In this document: positions 17,794 to 27,409 of the stretch, one piece after another
Numbering within the stretch: position 1 is the first letter of the stretch
Layout: each line of letters starts with the position of its first letter
Assembly: GCA_963715865.1 (NCBI GenBank)
Contig: OY970280.1
Span: 928,001-992,000, forward strand
DNA from: Candidatus Bathyarchaeota archaeon
Lineage (GTDB): Archaea > Thermoproteota > Bathyarchaeia > Bathyarchaeales > Bathycorpusculaceae
Direction of reading: 5' to 3'
DNA length: 64,000 bases
Notes under the pieces: generated by a model
Seen by the model: only the letters and a program-made list of their open reading frames with translations
What the model was told of the DNA's origin: nothing
Database searches by the model: none
Position numbers and translations under genes: made by a program

Positions 17794-17880
17794 CCTTTAG
17801 TTTAAGCCTAAAGGAAACCCCCTGCCTCTAAGGAATAAAATGAGAATTAGATAAGTAACTTTCTTAGAAAGAAAGGTTAC
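17794..17880. other. Origin-like stem-loops of element B
   Basis: CCTTTAG-[TTTAAGC]-CTAAAGG and GTAACTTTCT-TAGAA-AGAAAGGTTAC, matching the loop and arrangement at 11455-11535. Confidence 0.55.
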
Positions 17881-18179
17881 AAAGAACAATTACTCTATGT
17901 CTGCACAAGAGTAATCAGAAAGCCGTTTTTTTGGCACCCCAAGACCCAAAAAAACCAACAACACCCACCAAGCCATCAAACCACAGTTAAGTAAAAACAC
18001 CTCAGGTAGCGAACAACTTTGGTGCAGAGCACCACCTTTCGCACCTAAGGACTCTGTTTTTTGCTCAGACAAGAAACAACAAAAGAGGAAAGTGAAAGAT
18101 TATTTTATTGTGTTTAGCGCGCGCGGATGTCTGCATCCCTTCATTTGACTCTCCATTTTTTAAATTCATCCAAGTTTTC

Positions 18180-18650
18180 TTAGGATTGCTTAGGTTTTTT
18201 AAGCATTGAACCAGCATACAGCCCGATGAAATATACTACCACAGAAAGGACAACATCGATTAACACTGTCAGCGCGAAATAAGCGAACCAATCGTAATTT
18301 GTCCACGAGCCCGTAGAGAATGTACTCTGGATGGAGTCTTTGAAAGCAGGACTTGCCAGCGGAGTGCCAAAGAAAGCTACAAGGAATATCATCAGCCCAA
18401 CCGTACTCAACATAACTATGCTGCCTATCGCTTTCAGTCTTGATTCCTCCTTAATCTGAGCAGCAAAAACGTAGCCGACTATCAGCGAAGTTACAATATT
18501 CGAAATAATGCCAGCAACAATAGTCATGGAGTTGTTGTTCAGTGGAGCAAATAGTACGAACAAGACAGCATCAAACAGTAAACTACTCACGAATAATGAA
18601 GCTGCAGCTATAACCACGTCACTAAATTTCAACCAATCACCTCCTCCCAA
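18180..18650 (-). CDS. Multi-pass membrane protein
   Basis: About 4 TM segments; probable start near LKFSDVV. Confidence 0.65.
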   Translation of the reverse strand: MGGGDWLKFSDVVIAAASLFVSSLLFDAVLFVLFAPLNNNSMTIVAGIISNIVTSLIVGYVFAAQIKEESRLKAIGSIVMLSTVGLMIFLVAFFGTPLASPAFKDSIQSTFSTGSWTNYDWFAYFALTVLIDVVLSVVVYFIGLYAGSMLKKPKQS

Positions 18651-18915
18651 ACTGAGCGCAAAAATCTATTTCATTATTCTTGGCTTAAATAATTTGTGTT
18701 GTTGATTCATTTACGGTTGCATTTTTTTTGTTTTTTTAAGAATGTTTGATATTTCCGTTCTTATTAGGCTTGTTTTGTTCGACGCTCTCCATACTCTAAA
18801 TATCAAAACTAAAATTCGGTTTACTTAACAGTGTCTTCACAACCTGAGTTGCCACAAGAAGTAACCGTCTAAAAGCTTATAACTAGACATTAACAATAAG
18901 AACACAGGGATAAAA

Positions 18916-18976
18916 ATGAGTAAAGAAACAAGTAAAAAATTACTAAGGCTAAAGGCGGGTTACAACCAACACACCA
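18916..18976 (+). CDS. int(N)-like stub of element B
   Basis: ATG 18916: MSKETSKKLLRL-KAGYNQHT, same frame through the att core as element A; TATA-like AAAAGCTTATAA about 40 nt upstream. Confidence 0.65.
18952..18976 (+). repeat. att core copy 3 (outermost attR)
   Basis: AAGGCGGGTTACAACCAACACACCA, 25/25 identical. Confidence 0.95.
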
Positions 18977-19002
18977 GCTTCACAAATCTCACTACTTGGT
19001 AA

Positions 19003-19377
19003 CTAGACTATTCTTATATTTTCTTTGCCAACACTGGCGAGTTTCTGGTCTCTTGTTAGTAAAACCTCATTATTGGCAAGAGAAATGCCCGCAATAAGCA
19101 AATCGTTCTCGTTAATCATTCTTCCAGAATCCCGTAGCTCTTCAAAAAGCAGGGCGGCTCTTTGGGCGGCGGCTCTGTCGAAAGAGTAGACGGTCACGCC
19201 AGACAGGAACCTTTCAGCAGCTTGTTTTCTTATTTTAGTCTTGTGTCTAAGCAACTCGTATTCGGTTATGGTTGTGGTTTTCACGTCTTCTCTCCTTATG
19301 ATTTCTTGGATTAGAGCAACGATTTTTTGGTCGCCCGCCAAGAAATCTATTATGACACTTGTGTCTAGTAGTGTCAC
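19003..19377 (-). CDS. vapC: PIN-domain toxin
   Basis: LLDTSVIID...TEYELL...INENDLLIAGISL...LLTRD. Confidence 0.9.
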   Translation of the reverse strand: MTLLDTSVIIDFLAGDQKIVALIQEIIRREDVKTTTITEYELLRHKTKIRKQAAERFLSGVTVYSFDRAAAQRAALLFEELRDSGRMINENDLLIAGISLANNEVLLTRDQKLASVGKENIRIV

Positions 19378-19631
19378 TCGAATGTCCTTCCGTAATTAGC
19401 CTCTCTTTCGGCGGCTATTTGCTGCTTTAATCGTTCAAGCGTCTCTTTATCATCCTTTAAAATGCCAGCTAAGCTCATGATGTCTACTTTTTCTTCCTTT
19501 GGGCAGAGGTTTTCTTTGATTACCTGTGAAAAACTCTTTTTGCCTTTTCTTTTTGATAGAAGTTCATAAACCTCATTTGAAACTGAAATCTGCCTTGCCA
19601 TAAACATTCCCCATATACATAATGTATACAC
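19374..19631 (-). CDS. vapB: VapB-type antitoxin
   Basis: RQISVSNEVYELLSKRKGKKSFSQVIKE motif; overlaps vapC. Confidence 0.85.
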   Translation of the reverse strand: MYTLCIWGMFMARQISVSNEVYELLSKRKGKKSFSQVIKENLCPKEEKVDIMSLAGILKDDKETLERLKQQIAAEREANYGRTFE

Positions 19632-19944
19632 ATCATTTATTTAAACTGTGTTTTACGAGCTACTCATGAAAGGTGCTTTTAGCGATGAGCATAGAGCTAC
19701 ACTTTTCTGCTTCTAATTTTGGTTAGCAAAAAGATAGGGCAGAGTAGAGGCTGTTTTTTAGCTAATTTACTGGAACACGGCGCCTCAGAACGCATTTTTA
19801 TTTTCCAAGTCATTTCTTGGGAAACAGACGTTAACTGAATCCCTGCTTATCCAAACGTGCAATTATCATCACAGGCGCCATTACAAAGCTAAGTTTCTTG
19901 AACTGGATAATAACAGTATTCAGTTTATGCTTAAAAAAGGAAAT

Positions 19945-20265
19945 TTACTTTTGATATTTAGGACGTTTGGATTCTCTCAACCAAAATTGAGGGTCATCGA
20001 CCGTTATGATCTGAATTTCAACTACGTTTTTCGGATTAGTTATTGCTTCGCGGAATTTCGGAGATAAATCAGGTTTTCCCAGAAATGCCATTCTGGACTC
20101 TTCCAACTCATCTGCAACGCGTTCACTTTTTTTGTTGGCGTAGCCACGGTACTTTACGCTTTTTCCTTCAACGATAGCTTTATCGAAATCCTCTTTACAG
20201 CACTGCACTAGTTTGGCGCCATCTCGGATGAACCAGTGGGGTGAAGTTGGAGAAGTCTTGGACAT
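19945..20265 (-). CDS. Hypothetical protein
   Basis: 106-aa ORF with ATG; no family recognised. Confidence 0.5.
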   Translation of the reverse strand: MSKTSPTSPHWFIRDGAKLVQCCKEDFDKAIVEGKSVKYRGYANKKSERVADELEESRMAFLGKPDLSPKFREAITNPKNVVEIQIITVDDPQFWLRESKRPKYQK

Positions 20266-20647
20266 AATAATCTGTTAGCAATATCGTTTAGGTGTTTCTT
20301 AATTAACATTGTCATTGCCGAATGGTAAGATGCGCCTCAGAATTAGATTTAAAGCAAATCATCTCGAGGAACTGAAATCCTCTTCAGACTGACGTGTTTA
20401 TCATCATAGGCAATTCTAAACAATAATTCGGACAAAAAGAATAAGGTTACTATAAACCTGCGTTTGCACGAATGCGAATAAACAAAAAGACGGGAAGGGA
20501 CCGTAGGATCATTTTTAGCTAGTGAAATTAAGTCTAAAAAGTAGGGAATGAGAGGATAGGTCATTTTTGTTGTTAAGTTTTTCTACCTAAATTGAGGTAG
20601 GTAAGCTAGTTTTTAACTAGTGAAACTAAGCCTATGAGGTAGGGCTC

Positions 20648-21073
20648 TTAGGGTAGCTGGCAGATTTTGATGTCTTTATTGAAGCGTTGAAGGTTTATAT
20701 CTTGAGAATAAACAAAATTAGCCGCTTGGTTGAGTGCTGTGGCCACAATTAAAGCGTCAGGTAGTCTTCCGCCCCTCTTAGCTCGCAGGTTAGCGGCTAA
20801 ATCAGCAATTTCAAACGTGACTGGCACTATCTTAAAACTGTTAAGAGTCAAATCGTTTAGCAGTTTTTTCACTTTACTGGCCTTATTTGCGTCTGCCATG
20901 TAGAATCCGGTTAAGACTTCTGCAACTGTTACGGTTGAGATGATTCCTTCATTCTCCGTTTTCATGAATGTATTCAATATTTTTTGAGCTTTGCTTGCTT
21001 GAGGCTCGATTCCTTCTAAAAAGTAGATGAGGATGTTAGTGTCTAAACCTATTTTCATTGCTGGCATTCCCAT
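20648..21073 (-). CDS. vapC: PIN-domain toxin
   Basis: IGLDTNILIY...TVAEVL...RLPDALIVATA...YSQD. Confidence 0.9.
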   Translation of the reverse strand: MGMPAMKIGLDTNILIYFLEGIEPQASKAQKILNTFMKTENEGIISTVTVAEVLTGFYMADANKASKVKKLLNDLTLNSFKIVPVTFEIADLAANLRAKRGGRLPDALIVATALNQAANFVYSQDINLQRFNKDIKICQLP

Positions 21074-21297
21074 TCTTCTCGGAGTTTTTTCTGGTATTTG
21101 ACGGGGTCTCCGAAGACGCCTTTTCCAAGCCCCTTCATCTCAGCTACTGGATTAAATGGTTTTAAAAGCAAGCCCTCTTCTGTTTCGTTAATTTCTATTA
21201 TAATCCCATTTTCAATGTTGAATTTCTTGCGAAGCTTTTTGGGGATAACTACTTGTCCGCGCATGCCAACTTTTACTTTTTCAGACAAATTTTTCAC
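21055..21297 (-). CDS. AbrB/MazE/SpoVT-family antitoxin
   Basis: VKVGMRGQVVIPKKLRKKFNIENG; overlaps the PIN gene. Confidence 0.9.
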   Translation of the reverse strand: MKNLSEKVKVGMRGQVVIPKKLRKKFNIENGIIIEINETEEGLLLKPFNPVAEMKGLGKGVFGDPVKYQKKLREEWECQQ

Positions 21298-21528
21298 TAT
21301 CAGATAAATATTTAATCAGAGAAATAAAGTTTCTTACTCAAGATAGTTGCAGTTTGTTACTGTCTCGTATTTTGTGTGCTGTTTGATGCCGAAAATTGTC
21401 GTGACAGCTACAAATACAGAAAGAAACTATTTGAAAAGGCAATTATTAAGCCAACTTAGATTTGGTAAAATATTGGTATCACAAATTTTTTACCACAGGT
21501 CAGCGCATTAATAGTTTGAGGGAGTATT

Positions 21529-21738
21529 ATGGCCGTTCTCGAATGCCCATTCTGCTATGAAATCCTTGAAGTTAAACCGCCGGATAGACTCCATACAGCA
21601 TTCTCATCAGTAAAGCCAATATCAAATAGTTACTATGGCGATGTTGTGAAAAAGAAGTATACGTGCCAAAACCCAGATTGCAAAAAATCAGTTACAGTTT
21701 TCTGGTATGCCCCACTAGAATACTTCAACAGAATATGA
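21529..21738 (+). CDS. Small Zn-finger protein
   Basis: CPFC...CQNPDC. Confidence 0.65.
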   Translation: MAVLECPFCYEILEVKPPDRLHTAFSSVKPISNSYYGDVVKKKYTCQNPDCKKSVTVFWYAPLEYFNRI

Positions 21739-21836
21739 TAACTCCAAATAGTTAATGCGAGCAACCGACTAGCGTCAACTCTTCTGCAGACACTTCAGAG
21801 TTTTCTCAAGACATAAACAGTATACTTCACAAGTAA

Positions 21837-22106
21837 ATGGATAGAAAGCTTAAATCTAAATTACATCTAATAGAGGCAAAGGCTGAAAATCTCATGGATA
21901 ACAATGTTTTATTGTCGGTAACGGTAAGCCGAGAAAAAGATGAAATTGTTTACAGAGTTGACCGCTCAAGCAACTTAACAAATGAAGAACTCGAATACTA
22001 TCTTGAAGAAATAATCGAAGGCATATGCAAATGGAAACCAGGCGTTTGCGAAGAAGCAGTACAAAACTTCAAAGGAACAATCAGAAAAAGGAAAACAAAA
22101 AAGTAA
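21837..22106 (+). CDS. Hypothetical protein
   Basis: 89-aa ORF with ATG; coding-like composition. Confidence 0.55.
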   Translation: MDRKLKSKLHLIEAKAENLMDNNVLLSVTVSREKDEIVYRVDRSSNLTNEELEYYLEEIIEGICKWKPGVCEEAVQNFKGTIRKRKTKK

Positions 22107-22619
22107 CTAGTTCGGCGTTCGAGTTACCAGCTTTCTGGCAAAAAAGGTAATTGTTAAAAGCAACGATATCCATCCATGTTAAACTCAATGTTGTTTTTTT
22201 ATCGGTCACACATTTTTTTAAGCTTTTTGCCGCTTTTGCGAGCTGGAATGAAGAAAAACTAACTAAAGAGTTACTAAATTTCCTTGGTGAAAGCGTTAGC
22301 GAGAAAGTTCCAATGCAAGTCCCAGCATAACAACATATGCTTTCTATATTCAATTTTTTTTAATGCTTCATTAATTATGCTCTAAAAATATTCCAACAAG
22401 CAAAGATAAAATAAGCTGATTATAACTATAAATGGCGAAGCATGAGCTTTTAGGCTAAAATTTCTATGCCTGTGTTTTGCTCTGCTTTTCCTTGCGTTTC
22501 TTTCTTTTCTCGTCTCTCTCTTTCTTAGTTAACGGTTTTTCTTTTTTCATTCGGATTTTCTCCGGATGCTAGTTTATGCTGATTAGAGCTTTAATAGCTT
22601 TCGAAAAAAACAAGCTAAT

Positions 22620-22961
22620 TTAAGTGTATTCCCTGAAGGTGTGACCGCACTTTGTGCAACGCATGAATTGGGTTGATGCTTCGTCGCCGCCGCGAGTCTG
22701 CACTTGCCAAACATAAACCAAATTGTTTCCGCATTTCTCGCATTTCATGCGAATCGTTGGCATAGTCGTGATTTTTTGTTCTTCTTCGCTTATAACAGTC
22801 ATAGACGGCTGAGACGTAGGTTGAATAACCTTAACGACCTTAGCCTGTGCCCTATTGCTTGCAGCTTGCTTAATGTAACCGCATTTTGAGCACGCAAGCA
22901 CTATGGAACCTTCAGCTTTTTTTGGTTCAAGACGACAACCGCATTCTGGACAAAACTCCAT
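22620..22961 (-). CDS. tfs: Transcription factor S (TFS / RpoM family)
   Basis: MEFCPECG...CSKCG; C-terminal CEKCG...QTRGGDEASTQFMRCTKCG. Confidence 0.95.
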   Translation of the reverse strand: MEFCPECGCRLEPKKAEGSIVLACSKCGYIKQAASNRAQAKVVKVIQPTSQPSMTVISEEEQKITTMPTIRMKCEKCGNNLVYVWQVQTRGGDEASTQFMRCTKCGHTFREYT

Positions 22962-23138
22962 AAATTAGAAACCTCTCGCGTTATTCCTCAATCAAAGCAA
23001 ACAATACAATATAAGTGTTATTTTTCAAAAGTCAAACAAATTCTGGTTAGAAACAAGTTTTGCTTTCTTAACTGAAGGAATAATAAAAAAGCGCAAATTA
23101 AAATATCCTACCCTATTGTATCAGCAAGAGGGTAGCAT

Positions 23139-23789
23139 TTGGAAAAAGAGGGCGTGCCTATAAGCGAATCGCAAACGATTGACCATGCACTCGCATATTT
23201 GGCACGGGCAGATAAACTTCCGCATCGAACAGAAGCTGAAAAGGTACTGTTTGAACAGATTCCCTCAAGCGTCAAACGTGTTCTCGACTTAGGAACAGGC
23301 AATGGAAGGTTACTCTCGCTGGTTAAGCTAAATAATCCAGAAGCTGAAGGGGTGGCGTTGGATTTTTCCGAGCCAATGTTGGAACAAGCCAGAAAACGCT
23401 TCGCACAAGACAAACATGTAACCATCATAAAACATGATTTTAGTTTTCCGCTTCCATCAAAGGAACTTGGCTGTTTTGACGCTGTAGTCTCCAGCTTGGC
23501 TATTCACCATTTGACCCACCCAAGAAAGAAACAGTTATACAAAGAAGTATTCGACCTGTTAAATCCAAAAGGCATATTCTGCAATCTAGAGCATGTCGCT
23601 TCTCCAACACAGAATCTCCATCTTAAGTTTCTAGCCGCAACAGGCTTAACTCCTGAGACAGAAGACCCCTCAAACAAGCTCTTAGATGTTGAAACACAGC
23701 TTCAATGGCTAAGACAAATAGGATTCACCGACGTTGATTGTTACTGGAAATGGCTTGAAGTAGCCCTCTTGATTGGTGTAAAGCCATAA
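23139..23789 (+). CDS. Class I SAM-dependent methyltransferase
   Basis: [28 protein letters not shown]. Confidence 0.9.
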   Translation: MEKEGVPISESQTIDHALAYLARADKLPHRTEAEKVLFEQIPSSVKRVLDLGTGNGRLLSLVKLNNPEAEGVALDFSEPMLEQARKRFAQDKHVTIIKHDFSFPLPSKELGCFDAVVSSLAIHHLTHPRKKQLYKEVFDLLNPKGIFCNLEHVASPTQNLHLKFLAATGLTPETEDPSNKLLDVETQLQWLRQIGFTDVDCYWKWLEVALLIGVKP

Positions 23790-23901
23790 AGCTTTCAAAC
23801 TAAACGTTTGAAAAACCCTTTTGTGGTTTCATAGTGCTTGTCACTGATAGAAAATATTAAATAATAATTGCTACAACAAAGCTAACAGGAGTTTTAAAAA
23901 G

Positions 23902-24426
23902 ATGACAACCGATATTGAGCAGATAAACTGGAATCATTGGATATTTCGTTTGATTGCATTGATCATCGACAGCATAATACTTGTTATTCCAGCAGCAATA
24001 ATATACTATCTTGCACTATTGCCACTTCTCACACCATCTGTCTCCGTCTTAGGCGTCACAGTATACGGAGTTGCTCCTTGGTGGGCTTCTTTTATACTTC
24101 CCTTCCTCTTAGGAATCTTCGAGTTGTTCTACTTTATGATTCTTGACAGCGTTTGGGGTGGAACAATAGGAAAGAGAATCTTAGGATTGCACGTACAGAC
24201 AGTAAACGGCGGCAAAGTACCCTTTGATAAATCATTTATCCGCAATATTAGCAAAATCTATGGATTCTTTATCTTTATAGATTGGCTAGTAGCAATCGTT
24301 ACCCCTGGAGCCGATAGACGCCAAAAATACACAGACCGCATTGCAGGAACCACTGTTGTTCAAACAGGGCAAGCATTCCAGTCAACCGCGCCTCCACCGC
24401 CTCCGCCACCGCCGCCTCCAAGTTAA
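23902..24426 (+). CDS. RDD-family membrane protein
   Basis: RLIALIID...GGTIGKRILGL...QKYTDRIAGTTVV; poly-Pro tail. Confidence 0.88.
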   Translation: MTTDIEQINWNHWIFRLIALIIDSIILVIPAAIIYYLALLPLLTPSVSVLGVTVYGVAPWWASFILPFLLGIFELFYFMILDSVWGGTIGKRILGLHVQTVNGGKVPFDKSFIRNISKIYGFFIFIDWLVAIVTPGADRRQKYTDRIAGTTVVQTGQAFQSTAPPPPPPPPPPS

Positions 24427-24638
24427 AAAACCCCTTTTCTTTTTTCTCAAATAGTTTTCAAGTTAGCTTTTGTTCTGTTTCCGCTTCAGTAAAGCAGTCA
24501 ATAATAGGGTTCCTCCAGCGATTACTATTGCAATTATTGCTGCTTGAAAATACATGTTAACCGTAAGAGCGTGTTTGAGAAGGTGTTGAAGCAATTTGGC
24601 AAGCGCAATACAAAGCTGGCTTACTAGTGTCGCTTAAG

Positions 24639-24980
24639 TTATCGAACCTTAAACTCCTCTAGCCAAACCTTAAGTTGTTTTTCACTCAAGCCCACGCCAA
24701 ATTTTCCGTCAAGCCGCCTGCTAACCTTACCTTTTTCAAAAAATATAACTGTCGGAACGGCGTCTATAGAATAATCATCCCATAATGGATTGTCATATTC
24801 ATTTAAGAGGACGTGAAGGGCGCTCCCAAAGGCAAAGTTATCTACTTTTTTGTCAAAAACAGGAACAAAACTCACACAGTAAGGGCACCATGAAGCGTAG
24901 AATAATACGAGAACCTTTTCATTCTTCTTTAATTCGTCGTTTAAGTCTTGTTTGTTATCAACTTTAATCATTATTCTCAT
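24639..24980 (-). CDS. Thioredoxin-family protein
   Basis: VLFYASWCPYC, DAVPTVIFF. Confidence 0.9.
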   Translation of the reverse strand: MRIMIKVDNKQDLNDELKKNEKVLVLFYASWCPYCVSFVPVFDKKVDNFAFGSALHVLLNEYDNPLWDDYSIDAVPTVIFFEKGKVSRRLDGKFGVGLSEKQLKVWLEEFKVR

Positions 24981-25098
24981 GTTAAATCGATTTTACGCTG
25001 TTCATAAACATGCCGTTTTTAACTACTTTAACCATGAACTGCAAAGTTAAGCGACAGCCTAAATACCGCAAGCCGCTAGATGGATTAAGGAAAGAAAA

Positions 25099-25821
25099 AT
25101 GAAGACGAAAGCTTACAAACGTGGGTATCCTGTTGCAATCCTCATAGGAATAGAAAATGATCATGCTGCTTTATGGCAAGTTTTCAGCCAAGTTGCTAAA
25201 CACCAACAAACCATACCTTTAAGCGGTGACAGAAAAGACTCAAAAGCATTATACAACTTTCATGAATCCATCGTGAACGCGTTAAGGCCAACATTGAAAG
25301 AAGGTGTAAGAAGCATAATAATAGCTGCCTCAGCAAAAACCAATTATGCACAAGACTTCCTTAATCACATCAGAGCACATCACACCTGGCTTATTCAAGG
25401 ACCAAACAAAGCAACATTCTCGCCGATCACAGGTTCAGCGAGCACGCCACCGCAAGTAGCTGCCTTAACAAAGACAGCCCTGTTCAAACAATTAATCAAC
25501 GAAACCACGGCTGAAGAAACAGAAAACCTGCTCGAAATCCTTGAGAAACGGCTCAACGAAACCGACAATCTTGTGCTTTTTTCGCTGGAAGAAGCTGAAA
25601 ACCTCATCCTTGGCAAACAAGCAACAGGAAAACCCAAGCCGGAATACCTGTTACTCACGGATAATTATCTTTCAAGAAGCCGCCAAAAGAACAGAGTTCA
25701 CAGGCTGTTGCAGATTGCCACAAATAGAAAAGTTAAAACAAGAATAATAAACGCTGAATCAACCGCGGGCATACGCCTCACCCAGCTTGGCGGACTTGTT
25801 TGTTTAGCAAAAATTGAATAA
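25099..25821 (+). CDS. eRF1/pelota-like domain protein
   Basis: Middle and C-terminal pelota-like pattern ending IINAES.AG.RLTQLGGLVCL. Confidence 0.6.
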   Translation: MKTKAYKRGYPVAILIGIENDHAALWQVFSQVAKHQQTIPLSGDRKDSKALYNFHESIVNALRPTLKEGVRSIIIAASAKTNYAQDFLNHIRAHHTWLIQGPNKATFSPITGSASTPPQVAALTKTALFKQLINETTAEETENLLEILEKRLNETDNLVLFSLEEAENLILGKQATGKPKPEYLLLTDNYLSRSRQKNRVHRLLQIATNRKVKTRIINAESTAGIRLTQLGGLVCLAKIE

Positions 25822-25828
25822 AATTGGC

Positions 25829-26560
25829 TTAAAGCAACATAGCCTGCTTCAGATCATCCATCGATATTTTTCCTGAATGCAAAGCAGTAGCCACCAACAC
25901 GCCTGACACACCCAAATTCTGCAACTCAACTAAATCCTTAATGTCTCTCACTCCACCACCAACATAAACATCTATTGATATGTCTTCAAGCACTTTCTTC
26001 AAAAAATTAACATTAACTCCTTCACCACTACCAACACGCGCCAAATCCAAAACAATAACTCCTGAAACACCCATTTCCTTAAACTCACGCAAAAGACACA
26101 TAGGACTCTTGCAACCAGCAAACCCCAATTTAACAAGGACTTTGTCACCCTTCAAGTCTAAGCTAACAATCACGTGGTCGCTTCCGAAAAGCCTGACCGC
26201 TTCACCCACGAAGCTTTTGCTTTGCAGCGTTTCTGTTCCAATAACAACTTTTGAAACTCCGCAGTCCAGCAATTTCTTCGCCGTTTCAAGGTCAGCTGCT
26301 CCAGCATCTACCATCAACTTAAGGCTGGTTTCGTCAACGATACGTTTGAGAACCTGAGAATTCACTGAGCCACGGGTGATTGCGTCTAAATCTGCAATGT
26401 AAAGCTCGCTGAATCCCAGCTTTTTGAATGCTTTAGCAACCTCTAACGGTTCAACCGACTTGCACAGGTTGCTTTGGAGCGGTTGATACTCTCGCCTTTT
26501 TCCCCTGACAGCATGAACCACTACGCCGTTTAAAATGTCGATTACCGGTATAACCTTCAA
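25829..26560 (-). CDS. HisA/HisF-related TIM-barrel protein associated with methanofuran/C1 clusters
   Basis: VIPVIDILNGVVVHA, LYIADLDAI, VYVGGGVR; divergent from mfnB. Confidence 0.8.
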   Translation of the reverse strand: MKVIPVIDILNGVVVHAVRGKRREYQPLQSNLCKSVEPLEVAKAFKKLGFSELYIADLDAITRGSVNSQVLKRIVDETSLKLMVDAGAADLETAKKLLDCGVSKVVIGTETLQSKSFVGEAVRLFGSDHVIVSLDLKGDKVLVKLGFAGCKSPMCLLREFKEMGVSGVIVLDLARVGSGEGVNVNFLKKVLEDISIDVYVGGGVRDIKDLVELQNLGVSGVLVATALHSGKISMDDLKQAMLL

Positions 26561-26665
26561 GTTCTCAGCCTATCCATGAATTGTCTCTTAACGAATAGAA
26601 AAACCTAACCGTCACTACAGCAAAACTTTTAAAGGCATCGTTAATCCGCATGAGTATGATGCTAT

Positions 26666-27406
26666 TTGAAGTTACTCATTAGCCCCACGAACGAAAAAGA
26701 AGCCTCTGAAGCCATCGCTGGAGGCGCAGACATAATAGACGTAAAAAATCCCCAAGAGGGAGCGTTAGGCGCCAATTTTCCATGGGTTATCAAGCGAATA
26801 AGAGAAATCACGCCAAAACACATCCAAGTAAGCTGCACACTGGGAGAAATTCCGAACCTTCCAGGCTCCATATCATTGGCCGCGTTAGGTGCAGCATCAT
26901 TAGGGGTTGATTACATTAAAGTAGGGCTTTACGGACTAAAAACGCCTAAAGAAGCCACCTATTTGCTGCAGAACGTCAACAAAGCTGCCAAAGAATGCAA
27001 TCCTAAAATCAAAGTGGTAGCCACAGGCTACGCGGATGCAGAAAGAACAGGTGCAATAGAGCCGCTGCTAATTCCCGAAATAGCATTTAAGGCTCAAGTG
27101 GACGTAGCAATGATTGACACAGCCGTTAAAGATGGCAAAAGCATCTTCACTTTCTTAACCGTTAAGCAACTTGAAAAATTCGTTGATTCCGCGCATAACC
27201 TTGGCTTGGAAGCGGCGTTGGCTGGTTCGTTAAGAAAACAAGACTTGCCTGTAGTGTATGCTTTAGGCGCTGATATAGCAGGTTTACGCGGTGCAGCCTG
27301 CAAAAAAAACGATAGAGTCAAAGGTCAAATTACCAGAAAACTAGTGCATGAACTAGTTGAAACTGTCAAGCAAGCGGAAATGCAAGCCAACATAAAGAGG
27401 GTTTAA
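26666..27406 (+). CDS. mfnB: (5-formylfuran-3-yl)methyl phosphate synthase
   Basis: MKLLISP..EKEA..AIAGGADIIDVKNP.EGALGANFPW; AMIDTAVKDG; ALAGSL. Confidence 0.93.
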   Translation: MKLLISPTNEKEASEAIAGGADIIDVKNPQEGALGANFPWVIKRIREITPKHIQVSCTLGEIPNLPGSISLAALGAASLGVDYIKVGLYGLKTPKEATYLLQNVNKAAKECNPKIKVVATGYADAERTGAIEPLLIPEIAFKAQVDVAMIDTAVKDGKSIFTFLTVKQLEKFVDSAHNLGLEAALAGSLRKQDLPVVYALGADIAGLRGAACKKNDRVKGQITRKLVHELVETVKQAEMQANIKRV

Positions 27407-27409
27407 TCA

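Larger units (their letters stand above)
12436..18976. mobile_element. Element B: 6.5-kb cargo-bearing, apparently non-autonomous element at the same att site
   Basis: Bounded by att copies 2 and 3; has an int(N) stub and origin-like hairpins, but no Rep, primase or intact integrase. Confidence 0.75.

Noticed and set aside
12462-18950. Integron cassette array
   Set aside because: Genes lie on both strands, no convincing attC cores were found, and there is no IntI-like intact integrase.
7896-18976. 25-26-bp direct repeats as a CRISPR array
   Set aside because: Spacing is 4.5 and 6.5 kb and the sequence is the rnpB 3' end; att sites explain it.
24388-24423. CCG/CCT-rich run
   Set aside because: Simply encodes the poly-Pro tail of the RDD protein.
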